Positions 1 to 11,975 of a stretch of DNA of 64,000 nt are shown here, piece by piece. Source of the DNA: Octopus vulgaris. Lineage: Eukaryota. The position numbers were made by a program, and so were the translations under genes. Under the pieces are notes generated by a model, which was not told where the DNA came from, did not search any database, and saw only the letters and a list, made by a program, of their open reading frames with translations. Each line of letters begins with the position of its first letter. The stretch's first letter is position 1. The stretch spans positions 81,096,001 through 81,160,000 of the forward strand of contig OX597824.1 in NCBI GenBank assembly GCA_951406725.2, written 5' to 3'.

Positions 1-715
1 ATTTTATAATTAAAAGGTATAATATAGGTTTCAGAAGTTATCAGTGTTAATCCGTACATGATATTACAGTTTCTTAGGGGAATTTAATTAGAAGGGCTAC
101 TTGTATAAATGCCAATATAAATACTAAGATCAGGATGGTAGAACACTTTAAGAAAGGGATAAAAAATGTAATTACTAAAACTATTAAAACAATATACACA
201 TATTGTATAAAGTTAAAATTTAGGGATATCAAGGAGATTTAGCAATGCGGTCGAAAGGACAAATTAACTATATATTAATTTAATTATAATCTAAGCAATT
301 TAATTTTAAGTTGTAAAGATACCCTTATTGTTTTATATATAAGCTAAGTATGAACTTATAGGGGTACACAATTTAGGTTTATCTAAAGGCAATTATAAAG
401 TATTAAAAAGTAATAAAATGATCAGGTGGGGTAGAACACCATAGAAAAAGGAATAAAATAGCTTAATCACTAAAAATCACGATGAAGAATATATACAATT
501 TTGTAACATCAGAGAAGATTTATAGAAAATGTATACAATTCAAGTATTTAAAACTAAAAATTATTTATTTATTTATTTAGCTTGTATATATAAAGACTGA
601 TACCCTATATTAACTAAAGGAATATTGACGTTGTGGGACATGTTAACTATATATTAATTTTAAGCGGAGAAGTTTCTTATAGGTTTTAAATCACTAGATC
701 AATAAAGTGCTACTT

Positions 716-1100
716 TCTAAAATATTTAAAGGTACGGGTGACACTCGTATGTTCACATGATACCCTAAGGTCTAATCGATTATTAAACAGGTTGCCTTTA
801 TCTTTTTGCTAAAAATTTCATGTTTCCATAAAGCACAGCTCACACCTATATCTGCTATTTCTATAAGGCTGTGCATTTCTTATTATTTCCCATTTGAGGC
901 TAAGCTCAATTTCACGTTCCTTCAATTCCCAAATCTTACTGGATAATGACGTGCAATTCGCTTCATGCTTAAGTTTAAAGGACGACATGTGGTTGTACAG
1001 ACGCTGTTTCATATTAATCGAACAACCGATATATATAAAATTATTAGTTGTAGTTTTTATTGAACATTTATATATTACGTTCTGGGTAAGACATAGGCCT
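716..1100 (-). mobile_element. Penelope-like element remnant, GIY-YIG endonuclease domain (decayed)
   Basis: Minus-strand frame extending ORF 818..1012 reads GLCLTQNVIYKCSIKTTTNNFIYIGCSINMKQRLYNH..TSLSSKIWELKE..WEII..PY..CELC..; after stops it continues NLFNNR..SCEH. The VIY..YIG motif plus the CxLC tail is typical of PLE endonucleases. Cut at ~1100 by a SINE fragment. Confidence 0.85.
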
Positions 1101-1161
1101 TTTGCTGAACCGCTAGCTTACGGTTGTCAAGCGATGGTGGTGGGGACAAACACAAACCCAA

Positions 1162-1175
<14 letters not shown>
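1098..1175 (-). mobile_element. SINE family E fragment
   Basis: cttttgctgaaccgctag..ggttgtcaagcgatg..ggggacaaacaca matches the 3' half of the copy at 8490-8890, in reverse orientation. Confidence 0.7.
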
Positions 1176-1221
<46 letters not shown>

Positions 1222-1223
1222 AA

Positions 1224-1269
<46 letters not shown>

Positions 1270-1289
1270 TGCGTGTATGTCCTTGTAGC

Positions 1290-1472
1290 TGTGGCTGTCC
1301 CCTCACCACCATCGATTGACACCCGTTATAGGTGTGTTTTCGTGCCCCTAACTTAGCGGTTCGGCAAAAGAGAACAAGTACAGGGCTTACAAAGAATAAG
1401 TGCTGGGGAAGATTTCTTCGACTGAAAGGCGATACTCCAGCATGGTCGCATGGACTTAAACAGGTAAAAGAA
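1290..1472 (+). mobile_element. SINE family E, 3' half
   Basis: ttagcggttcggcaaaaga..ggcttacaaagaataag..ctccagcatgg..gtaaaag is shared with other family E copies. Confidence 0.8.
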
Positions 1473-1616
1473 TAAATGGATATAGGTATTATCCTCTTTA
1501 TCCACTTCTCTTGGAATCTCTCGTTTTATCTCCTGATTTGCCTTCATCTGTCTGTCTATCTGTCTGTCTGCTGTCTGGCTGTCTGCTGTCTGGCTGTCTA
1601 CATGTCTGTCTGTCTA

Positions 1617-1699
<83 letters not shown>

Positions 1700-1717
1700 C
1701 TTTAAAAAAAATTTTTT

Positions 1718-1879
1718 TTTTGTTCTTTTCTTCCCTTTTACGATCCCTCTTGATCGAAAACCTACGCCACCCCTTTTTTTTGTTTCTTTTGTTTTTTGTT
1801 TTTTTCATCCCCCAAAAGAAAAGCGCTACCTTGTAACTTGTCCCATCTGTGTGCAGCCCTGTGTGGCCAATAAAGAAAC
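1718..1879 (+). mobile_element. 3' tail of Tx1/L1-like LINE inserted in (TATC)n
   Basis: cgatccc..tgatcgaaaacc..cccaaaagaaaagc..ccttgtaa..gtgcagccctgtgtggccaataaagaaa is homologous to 52590-52711; TCTA repeats lie on both sides. Confidence 0.8.
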
Positions 1880-2219
1880 TTATCTATCTATCTGTCTGTC
1901 TGCCTGTCTATCTCTTTTTGCTCACTCGATTCATCTCTCTTCTCTTCGCTCTCTCTCTCTCTCTTTTCTCTTCTTATTCTGATCTTGTTTCTTTTCGCTA
2001 GTTTTTTTTTCTACTTCTCCATCGTCTTATCACCGCAATTCGCTCTCTCTCTCTCTCTCTTCTTCTTCTATCTATCTCTTTATCCCTCTTTGTCACTCAA
2101 TATATCTTTCTTTCGCTCCTTCTCTCAGCCTGCTCTCTTCTCCCCCTGTCTTTCTTTCTTGTTCTCATTTTGCCGATCACTCTCCACTTCTCGCTCTCCA
2201 TCTCTCTATACATGTAACT

Positions 2220-2604
2220 GGAGGCGCAATGGCCCAGTGGTTATGGCAGCGGACTCGCGGTCGTAGGATCGCGGTTTCGATTCCCAGACCGGGCGTTGTG
2301 AGTGTTTATTGAGCGAAAACACCTAAAGCTCCATGAGGCTCCGGCAGGGATGGTGGTGATCCCTGCTGTACTCTTTCACCACAACTTTCTCTCACTCTTA
2401 CTTCCTGTTTCTGTTGTACCTGTATTTCAAAGGGCCGGCCTTGTCACTCTCTGTGTCACGCTGAATATCCCCGAGAACTACGTTAAGGGTACACGTGTCT
2501 GTGGAGTGCTCATCCACTTACACGTTAATTTCACGAGCAGGCTGTTCCGTTGATCGGATCAACCGGAACCCTCGTCGTCGTAACCGACGGAGTGCTTTCA
2601 TTCC
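2220..2604 (+). mobile_element. tRNA-derived SINE family A, full length (Octopus OR-type)
   Basis: A box tggcccagtggtta, B-box-like ggtttcgattccc; near-identical to 20222-20606 and 38241-38624; TSD atacatgt(a/g)act at 2208-2219 and 2605-2616. Confidence 0.9.
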
Positions 2605-2898
2605 ATACATGTGACTCTCCACCTACCTCACTTCCCACCAATAGCTCACATTTCTCTCGGTTACTTCTCTCTATCCACTTATATTTCACAAACTCTCCCT
2701 TTCTCATTATTCTTCTTTGTATCTCTCTATATTTTTCTCTCCACTTTCACTGATATTTCACATTCTATTAACAACGATTCAACAAGACGTACACATGACA
2801 TCCATGTGATACCCACGTGAGACAAAAACTTCATCTACGCCATCCCACATGCATCTGGGTTTTAGCGATTCCTCATATCTCATTCTCTTTTGATTTCA

Positions 2899-2974
<76 letters not shown>

Positions 2975-3019
2975 GTCTGTGCCTGTGTATTTGCCTGTCT
3001 GTCTGTCAGTCTCTATCGG

Positions 3020-3123
<104 letters not shown>

Positions 3124-3205
3124 TTTCAGTCTATCTGTCTACCTGTCTGCTTGTCTGCTTGCTTACTTGCCTGTCTGTCAGTCTGTCCGTTCGTCCGTCA
3201 ATATT

Positions 3206-3304
<99 letters not shown>

Positions 3305-3509
3305 GTCTGTCTATCTAATTGTCAGCCCTTACTATCTAAATACGAATCCTCATTAAAATACAGCTTCATGTTCTAGTCATCGGGCCGATAGGCGGTTGAC
3401 AGTTTTCAGAAGGCCTATTTGCACGCTTGCACGCACCGCAGACGCCAACAAACCGTTTCACTTCCATTTATTCAAACGCCATTTTTTTACCTTCCTTTTC
3501 CATCACATT

Positions 3510-3975
3510 ACCATCACCAGCAGCAGTAGCACCAGCGCCACCACCACCACCAAGACCACCACCACCACCACCACCACCTTCACCACCACCACCTTCACCA
3601 ACACCACCACTACCACTACCACCACCACCACCACCACCACCACCACCACCACCACCACCACCACCACCACCAAGACCACCACCACTACCACCACCACAAC
3701 CACCACCAAGACCACCACCACCACCACCAAGACCACCACCACCACCAAGACCACCACCACCACCACCACCACCACCACCACCACCACCACCACCACCACC
3801 ACCAAGACCACCACCACCACCACCAACACCACCACCACCACCAACACCAAGACCACCACCACCACGACCACCACTACTACCACCACCACCACCACCACCA
3901 CCACCACCACCACCACCACCACCACCACCACCACCACGACTACCACCACCACCTTCACCACCACCACCACCACCA
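3510..3975. repeat. (CAC)n trinucleotide microsatellite
   Basis: Long imperfect cac array; source of the poly-Thr/Pro/Gly/Val pseudo-ORFs. Confidence 0.95.
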
Positions 3976-4101
3976 AAAACCCCCATCAACAACATCAACA
4001 AGAACAACAATGAAAAGAACAAAATAACATAAACATCTGCATCCCTTCATTTCCTTTTTCTTGCTTTCTATATCTCCCTTTCTTTCTCTCTCTCTGTATA
4101 C

Positions 4102-4147
<46 letters not shown>

Positions 4148-4154
4148 AAACACA

Positions 4155-4188
<34 letters not shown>

Positions 4189-4608
4189 CACAAGCACATA
4201 TAAAATTCTCTATCTCCCTCTGTTTCCTCTCTACTTCTAAATATCTTTTTCCTCTCTCCTCAATCTGTTACACCTCTCCTTCTCTTTTCCTATTACTTTC
4301 CTCTTTCCTCTCTCTTTCTGGTTCTCTATCCCCCTTCCTACCTCTATTTCCCATTATTTCTTTCAACCCTTTTCTCGCTCAACCACGTTCTCCCTCCCCC
4401 TCTCACTTTAACCGTTTTCCTTCCACCATTTTCGCCAATGAAATCCTACAATGACTATTTGGTAATCCGCCTAATTTAACGGATGTTATTGTTCTAGACC
4501 GATAAATTATCAGAATCATTAGCAGCAGTAGGAAACACATTCATGTTTTGAGTTCAAGCCTCACAGAGGTCAATATTGTTTGTGTTTTTCTTTTCCTTTC
4601 TTTTTCAT

Positions 4609-4656
4609 CTTTACGGTGTCGATAAAGGCATCAAAGCCTTTATCGACACCGTAAAG
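4609..4656. repeat. Perfect 21-bp inverted repeat with 6-nt loop
   Basis: ctttacggtgtcgataaaggc-atcaaa-gcctttatcgacaccgtaaag. Confidence 0.95.
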
Positions 4657-4832
4657 CTAAGGTTGATTTAATAGACCGCGGATCTGTATTAGCGGACTGA
4701 AAGGAAACACTTCCAATGTTCCGATCATTTTCATGTATTGAGTTCACTGCCTAGTGTCTGGAACTGAAGAGACGATAACCACTCCGAAATGTTTGCCTCT
4801 CACAGTCTAGATAGCGCTGTGAACTGATATCT

Positions 4833-5060
4833 GTTTCTTTATTACCCACAAGGGGCTAAACACAGAGGGGACAAACAAGGACAGACAAACGGATCAAGTC
4901 CATTACATCGACCCCAGTGCGTAACTGGTACTTTATTTATCGACCCCCAAAGGATGAAAGGCAAAGTCGACCTCGGCGGAATTTGAACTTAGAACGTAAC
5001 GGCAGACGATATACGGCTACGCATTTCGCCCAGCGTGCTAACGATTCTGCCAGCTCGCCG
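4833..5060 (-). mobile_element. SINE family D (central domain resembling the MetaSINE domain)
   Basis: Reverse complement ggcgagctggcagaa..aaattccgccgaggtcgactttgcctttcatcctt..ggggtcgataaa..gtaccag..ttgtgggtaataaagaaa; at least 8 copies in the window. The Meta-domain resemblance is from memory. Confidence 0.88.
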
Positions 5061-5595
5061 ATCGGTGTATTAACACCATTCTGTCTACAGCAAGAAATTT
5101 CCTCCATGACAAAACACAGTGAATGGCTTATTTACGAATCTAAACGTGACACAAGCATATTTGAAGCGGTAATAATATTGCATCGATAAAATAAAGCACC
5201 AAGGCCACCTCCTAAGGTCGATTTAATAGACCGCAGCTCTGCACTAGCGGACTAGAGGAAGCGTTTCGAGTTCAAATCCCACCGAAGCCAACATTGCTTT
5301 TCTATTTTGTTTTCATCTTTACGGGAACAATAGAATAGTGTACCAAGGTCTATTTAGTAGATTGAAAGCCTCTGCAAATACCCAATTGTCAATCGCGAGA
5401 AGAACACCAGAGTGGCAAAACCACTCAAAAAGCTATAAAAATTTTTGTCAAATTTGTTTGTAATATTATCTTCAGTTTCCTCCACCACACTCCCTCTCTC
5501 CCTCTCTCCTTTCGTCTATCTCTCTGTCTAACTGTCTGCCTGCTGTCTGCCTGTCAGTCAGTATGTATGTATACATGTAGGAATGTTTGTATGTA

Positions 5596-5641
<46 letters not shown>

Positions 5642-5643
<2 letters not shown>

Positions 5644-5919
5644 GAGGCACATGGCCTATTGGTTAGAGCAGCGGACTAGCGGTCGCGGGTTTGAATCTCA
5701 GACCGGGCGATGTGTGCGTTTATGAGCGAAACACCTAAGCTCCACACGGCTCCGGCAGAAGGTAATGGCGAACTTCTGCTGAGTCTTTCGCCATAACTTT
5801 CTCTCATTCTTTCCTCCTGCATCTTGCAGCTCACCTGCGACAAACAGGCCTCCCGTCCAGGTGGGAAACCTATACGCCAAGGAAACCGGGAGTTAGGCAT
5901 GGCTTGAGAAAGAACAAAT
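5642..5919 (+). mobile_element. SINE family A' (A-type tRNA head and body, alternative tail)
   Basis: Head ggaggcacatggcctattggttagagcagcggact; tail cccgtccaggtgggaaacctatacgccaaggaaaccggg..gagaaagaacaa; homologous to 10461-10760. Confidence 0.85.
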
Positions 5920-5922
5920 CAT

Positions 5923-5962
<40 letters not shown>

Positions 5963-6309
5963 GTATGTACGTATGTATTTATGTTTGGCTTATGTACGCA
6001 TACGCATTCATATATATTTCATAAAAGAATCCTTAAAGACATTAAACTACGGCTTTCTTTGTAAGTTAGTAAGTTCATTAAAAATTGGAAAGAAAATGAT
6101 GAATCTTCGTTCTGTAAGTTTCTCTTAGGATAACTTACGCTTATACATGCTTTTCTCTGTTAATCAGTCACAGGTATGCTGTTTATGATTGTATGTATGT
6201 ATGTATGTATGTATGTATGTATGTATGTATGTATCTGTCTATCTATTTATCTATCTATCTATCTATCTATTTATCTATCTGCGTGAGTCTACACACACAC
6301 AAACATAGA

Positions 6310-6355
<46 letters not shown>

Positions 6356-6359
6356 CAAG

Positions 6360-6518
6360 ATTCTTACAGCTTCAGCTTACCAAATCTATACACAAGTCTT
6401 CGGGCAGCCCGTGACTATTATAGAAGAAAACATTTGCCTAAGGTGACACACAGTGGGACTGAACTCGGAATTCTGATATTGGGAAGCTAGTTTCTTACCA
6501 CACAGCCACGCCTGCGCC
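6360..6518 (-). mobile_element. SINE family E, 5' half
   Basis: Reverse complement ggcgcaggcgtggctgtgtggtaagaaact..ccgagttcagtcccactg. Confidence 0.8.
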
Positions 6519-7209
6519 TATGAATGCATTTATTTCTATTCTACTGTTGTAGGTAACAAGAACACGAATGTTTTGTGAAAGAGATAACACGCCCACGGGC
6601 AAATTCTCTCTTTGGAATATCGTTTTGCCAAGATTTTATGGAATCACAAAAAAATATCGTTCCATTTCCAAAAGAAGGAGCTATTTGTATGCCTGTCAAT
6701 AACAGCCTGAAGGACACCATGTGCATTTTCCCAGTTGCAATGATTTCAGATAATGGCTTCAGGTCATTCGATACATCCACATACCCGATTCAATCGATCT
6801 GGGTGCGTATCAGGTACATTATTCGACAGATTCGCAATCTTCACAATAGGACAGTTGCGAGCAGTTTGTGTCAGGCTTTTGCATAAAGCGAAGACATAAT
6901 GGTGAGCCTGTGCATGGATCAATGTTGAAACGCAATTTATGAATCGCTGCATGTAAAGATGAATGTCTCTATGGATTTATTGTATGCATAGATCACTATA
7001 TGTATGCTATGCAACAATGACTATTTGTGTCAATGTATGCATGGATCAATATTTGTATGGTTCAATGAATGTACTGTATGGATTTAAGTCCGTATTGTGT
7101 TCACAGATGGACAAACACACAGACACATGTACATATCTTTCAGCACATGTGAATACATATTCACACAAACACATAAATGCGTACACACATTGCATTTGTA
7201 TATATATAT

Positions 7210-7276
<67 letters not shown>

Positions 7277-7297
7277 CATACATATATACATATACAC

Positions 7298-7354
<57 letters not shown>

Positions 7355-7400
7355 TATATGTTTACTTATATGTTCAGTGCATACAATATATATGCAAATA

Positions 7401-7432
<32 letters not shown>

Positions 7433-8489
7433 AATACACACATATATGTATCTACATATATACATATGAATTCATATATAATGAATTATAGCGTACATAA
7501 AGATTTGTGTGAATTTATTCATGTAGAGATGAATTTATGTATGGATTAATATATATGAATCAATGAATGCAAATCAATACGATTGCAGATCATTGTATAT
7601 ACTGATTATTAATAAATGTATGTATAAATAAATGTATGTACACGTCAATATATTACAAATCAATGTATATATTGAGAAATTAGATAATTGTATGTACAGA
7701 TCACAATAAACACTGGTCGATATTTGAACTTATAAATGTACGTTAAGATCGATATATGTACAGTTCAATGTTTGTAGAGATCCGTATATAAATAGATGAA
7801 TGTATGTAGAAATCAATTCGTATGAATCTCTACATACACACATGAATGTAGGTTCCCGCCCGATATACGTATTTACAGAAATAGCTAGATAATTGTGAGT
7901 CTGTGATTGCATGGATTAATGCAGATATGGGTCAATATATGTGTGGATCGAAACATGTATGTATATATATATATATGTATATATATGGATCACTATATGT
8001 ATTGCTCAACGTATGTACGGATCAATGTATGAAACAATGGCTGTATGGATCAATGAGTTTATGGATCAATGTATGTAGATCTGTGTATGTATAGATTCTG
8101 TGTGGATCAATGTATTTATGGATCAGTGTTTGTAGATCAATCTATTTATTGATCGATGTATGGAGCAATCACTGTATTGATCAATGTGTTTATGGATCAA
8201 TGTATGTATCTATGTATCAGTGTATGGATCAATGTATGACACTTTGAATGCATGGATCGATGTATAGATCAGTGTATGTATGTATCAATGTATGCGAAGT
8301 TCAATATTAGGCTGGTTCAACGTATGTATGGCTCAAAGTATGTACGGACGAATCTATATAGAGACCAATGAATGGAAGAATGAAGGTATGGATCAATGTA
8401 TGTGTGGTTAAATGTGTGTTTGTATCAATGTATGGATCAATGAATGTATCTATGGGTATATGTATTATCAATGTATATACATCGTATAT

Positions 8490-8890
8490 AGCGTAGGAGT
8501 GGCTGTGTGGTAAGTAGCTTGCATACGAACCACATTGTCCCGGGTTCAGTCCTACTGCATGGCACATTGGGTAAGTGTCTTCTACTATAGGCTCGGGCCG
8601 ACCAGAGCCTTGTGAGTGGATTCGGTAGACGAAAACTGAAAAAAAGCCGTCGTATATATATATATATATATGCATGTGTGTGTATATGGTTGTGTGTCTG
8701 TGTTTGTCTCCCCAACATCGCTTGACAACCGATTCTGGTGTGTCTACGTCCCCGTAACTTAGCGGTTCGGCAAAAGAAACCGATAGAATAAGTACTAGGC
8801 TCACAAAGAATAAGTCCTGGGGTCGATTTTCTCGACTAAAGGCGGTGCTCCAGCATGGCCACAGTCAAATGACTGAAAGAGTAAAAGAGT
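8490..8890 (+). mobile_element. SINE family E, full length, with internal (TA)n/(TG)n tract
   Basis: tRNA-like head gagtggctgtgtggtaagtagcttgc..ccgggttcagtcc; internal microsatellite 8652-8700; tail ggcggtgctccagcatggcc..gactgaaa..gtaaaagag. Confidence 0.9.
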
Positions 8891-9374
8891 TCAATATATG
8901 GGTGGTTCAGCGTACGTATGGCTCAATGCATGTACGAGCGAATCAGTGTATGGATCAATGCATGTATGGATCCATGTATGTATGGGTGAATGTGTGTATA
9001 CCTCAATATATGAATCAATGAACGTACGGATCAATATATGTACGCAGCAATGTATGTATGGTTCAATCTGAAATTGTGTCTGTATATATCAGCACATTTT
9101 GTTGCGCCCACAGGTCAATATGCTCATATGTACAAAATATAATAAATTCTTCAATTATAAAATTTATACAATATACATTGGCCTATTTGCAACAAAGGTC
9201 GCCGTTCCACTACGACTTAAAACGGTTAGACTCGAACAGAAATTGTTCGGTAATTCCCGTTTGAATGGAAATTTTGTTTTCACTACAAAACACATATTGC
9301 TAGGTTTGTACCACCTCTTGAGACCCAACTACACTCTAGTTGAAAAATATAGAACACTGCATAAGTAAAATAAT

Positions 9375-9629
9375 AAAAATACATGCGCCCTTTTAAAGCC
9401 TAGCCAGGCTCATGGGCCCGTTTCCCGTTTTTATGGCGTATGTGTTCCCCAGCTGGACAGGAGGCCAGTCCATCGCAGCGTTACTCATTTCTGCCAGCTG
9501 AGTGGACTGGAGCAACGTGAAATGAAGTGTTTTGCTCAAGAACACAACGTGTCACTAGGTCCAGGAATCGAAACCACAATCTTACGATCATGATGCTGAA
9601 ACCCTAACCATCAAGCCACGCACCTCCGC
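9375..9629 (-). mobile_element. SINE family B (tRNA head, CORE-like domain, A'-type tail)
   Basis: Reverse complement gtgttcttgagcaaaacacttcatttcacgttgctccagtccactcagctggcagaaatgag resembles the CORE domain; TSD gcataagtaa at 9359-9368 and 9628-9637. Confidence 0.85.
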
Positions 9630-9720
9630 ATAAGTAATATAAACAGTCTAAATTCAGTGGCGGCATTAATGAAAATACTACGCGTTAATTTAATCTGTTA
9701 AATTTATCTTTATTAATGTA

Positions 9721-10229
9721 CTAGTTATATAGCCCGGCGATGCTCGGAGTTGTTTTTTTAGTTGCGCTTAAAACGGCAGACTTTGATGTCGCGTTAACAA
9801 AGTTTTGACATAATTTCAATCTTTTTTGAAAAGTAAAAAATTCGCATTACGTAGCTTATTATTCTCTTTAAGTGAACATTTTTCAGGTTGAAATATACCG
9901 AAAAATGAGGACACACCAGTCAAAAAATTATAAAAAATAGGGATTTTCATAGAAAAAAAGCGCATTTTTGATGTAAATAATGTTTGGTCTTAACATGGTC
10001 CGATTTGAATGTTTTCTTCTATGGAATGAAGAACAAGCCTTCTTCTATGATACTCTCAATTTTGGTTGAAATATACCGAAAAATGGGGACACACCAATTA
10101 AAAAAATTGTAAAAAATAGGGATATTCATAGAAAAAAAGCACCTTTTTGATGTAAGTAATGTTTGGTCTTAACATGGTCCGATTTGAATGCCACACACAC
10201 ACAAACAACTTCAGCTTTATATGTATAGA
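9721..10229 (-). mobile_element. Non-autonomous Helitron with internal duplication
   Basis: Minus strand begins TC(tatacatataaagctgaag) and ends with hairpin ccgagcatcgccggg then CTAG, inserted between A and T; homologous to 48397-48790; the ~9887-10010 segment is repeated at ~10065-10190. Confidence 0.8.
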
Positions 10230-10460
10230 TATCGAGTTATACGTAGATCTACACAAGATTTACAGAGATATAGGAGATAGAACTTGTAGTCCACCCGCAG
10301 ACCTTTTGCATCGGAAATCTTTGCCCTCCGCACTAAAAAGTTTCCCCATCCTTGGTATATATGGATCAATGTACCTACGGCTCAATAAAGGTATGTTTCA
10401 ATGTACATGTGGATCAGTTGAGGTAGGGATCAATGTACGTAGGTAGCAATCTATGTATTC

Positions 10461-10760
10461 GTGGAGGCATATGGCCTAGTGGTTAGAGCAACGGACTCGC
10501 GGTCGAGGGATCGCGGGTTCGAATCTCAGACCGGGCGAAGTGTATGTTTATGAGCGAAACACCTAGGCTCCACGCGGCTCCGGCAGAAGGTAATGGCGAA
10601 CTTCTGCTGACTATTTCGCCACAACTTTCTCTCACTCTTTCTTCCTGCATCTTGCAGCTCAACTGCGACGGACCGGCGTCCCGTCCGGGTGGGGAACCTA
10701 TACGCCAAGGAAACCGGGAAACCGGCCCTAATGAGCCAAGGGGTGGCTCGAAAAGGAACA
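10461..10760 (+). mobile_element. SINE family A'
   Basis: tRNA head with ggttcgaatctc B box; 16-bp TSD agcaat(c/t)tatgtattc at 10445-10460 and 10761-10776. Confidence 0.9.
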
Positions 10761-11039
10761 AGCAATTTATGTATTCACCACTATATACATGCAGCGATAT
10801 AGGTATGGATTTTTGCATGTAGCGTACAATGTATGTATTATGTATGGTTTAATGTATGCGTGGATGAATATATATACACGAATTAATGTGCGTATGGATC
10901 AAGAAATGTATGGCTCTTTTATTGTACACTCGATTATGAAATGTGTTGTATTGTTAACGATCACCTGCCTAAGAGCATCTTTATGACGAAAAATAAATTT
11001 TTTTCTCGGAGAACCTGATGAATAATACAATGAGGTGAC

Positions 11040-11064
11040 GCTACTGCTGCTGCTGCTGCTACTG

Positions 11065-11109
<45 letters not shown>

Positions 11110-11115
11110 GTACTT

Positions 11116-11181
<66 letters not shown>

Positions 11182-11975
11182 TTGAGAAAAAGAAAAAGAA
11201 GAAGCTGAAGGAGACGAAGGAGGAGAAGAAGAAGAAGAAGAAGAAGAAGAAGAGCAGAAGAAGAAGGAGAGAAGAAGAAGAAGGAGAGAAGAAGAAGAAG
11301 AAGAAGAAGAAGGAGAAGAAGAAGAAGGAGAAGAAGAAGAAGAAGAAGAAGAAGAAGAAGAAGAAGAAGAAGAAGAAGAAGAAGGAGAAGAAGAAGGAGA
11401 AGAAGAAGAAGAAGAAGAAGAAGAAGAAGAAGAAGAAGAAGAAGAAGAAGAAGAAGAAGAAGAAGAAGAAGAAGAAGAAGAAGAAGGAGAAGAAGAAGAA
11501 GAAGAAGAAGAAGAAGAAGAAGAAGGAGAGAAGAAGGAGGAAAAGAAGAAGAAGAAGAAGAAGAAGAAGAAGAAGAAGAAGAGCAGAAGAAGAAGGAGAA
11601 GAAGAAGGAGGAAAAGAAGAAGAAGAAGAAGAAGAAGGAAGAAGAAGAAGAAGAAGAAGAAGAAGAAGAAGAAGAGCAGAAGAAGAAGGAGAGAAGAAGA
11701 AGAAGAAGAAGAAGAAGAAGAAGAAGGAGAGAAGAAGGAGGAAAAGAAGAAGAAGAAGAAGAAGAAGAAGAAGAAGAAGAAGAAGAAGAAGAGCAGAAGA
11801 AGAAGGAGAAGAAGAAGGAGGAAAAGAAGAAGAAGAAGAAGGAGAGAGCAGAAGAAGAAGAAGAAGGAAAAGAAGAAGAAGAAGAAGAAGGAGGAGGAGG
11901 AGAGAAGAAGAAGAAGAAGAAGAAGAAGAAGAAGAAGAAGAAGAAGAAGAAGAAGAAAGAAAGAAAGAAAGAAAA
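11040..11975. repeat. Compound (CTA)n/(TAA)n/(GAA)n microsatellite with higher-order blocks
   Basis: ~780 bp of gaa repeats with recurring ggagagaagaaggaggaaaagaag and gagcagaagaagaaggag variant blocks. Confidence 0.95.

Larger units (their letters stand above)
6910..10920. repeat. Degenerate minisatellite (core atggatcaatgtatgt) interrupted by nested SINEs and a Helitron
   Basis: Dozens of (t/g)atggatcaatg variants at 6910-7085, 7540-8480, 8890-9120, 10355-10460 and 10780-10920. Confidence 0.75.

Noticed and set aside
2220-2295. tRNA genes at SINE heads
   Set aside because: A and B boxes are present but acceptor stems are poor, and each continues into a shared SINE body, often with TSDs.
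3396-4032. Poly-Thr, poly-Pro and poly-Gly ORFs resembling mucin or extensin
   Set aside because: Pure (CAC)n microsatellite open in several frames on both strands; no signal peptide or complex domain.
4760-4797. ctgaaga...gaaatgtt hammerhead-like string
   Set aside because: No credible stem I or II, and single copy.
6910-9120. CRISPR-like repeat-spacer pattern
   Set aside because: The repeats are short, degenerate and irregular with microsatellite-like spacers; eukaryotic context and no cas genes.
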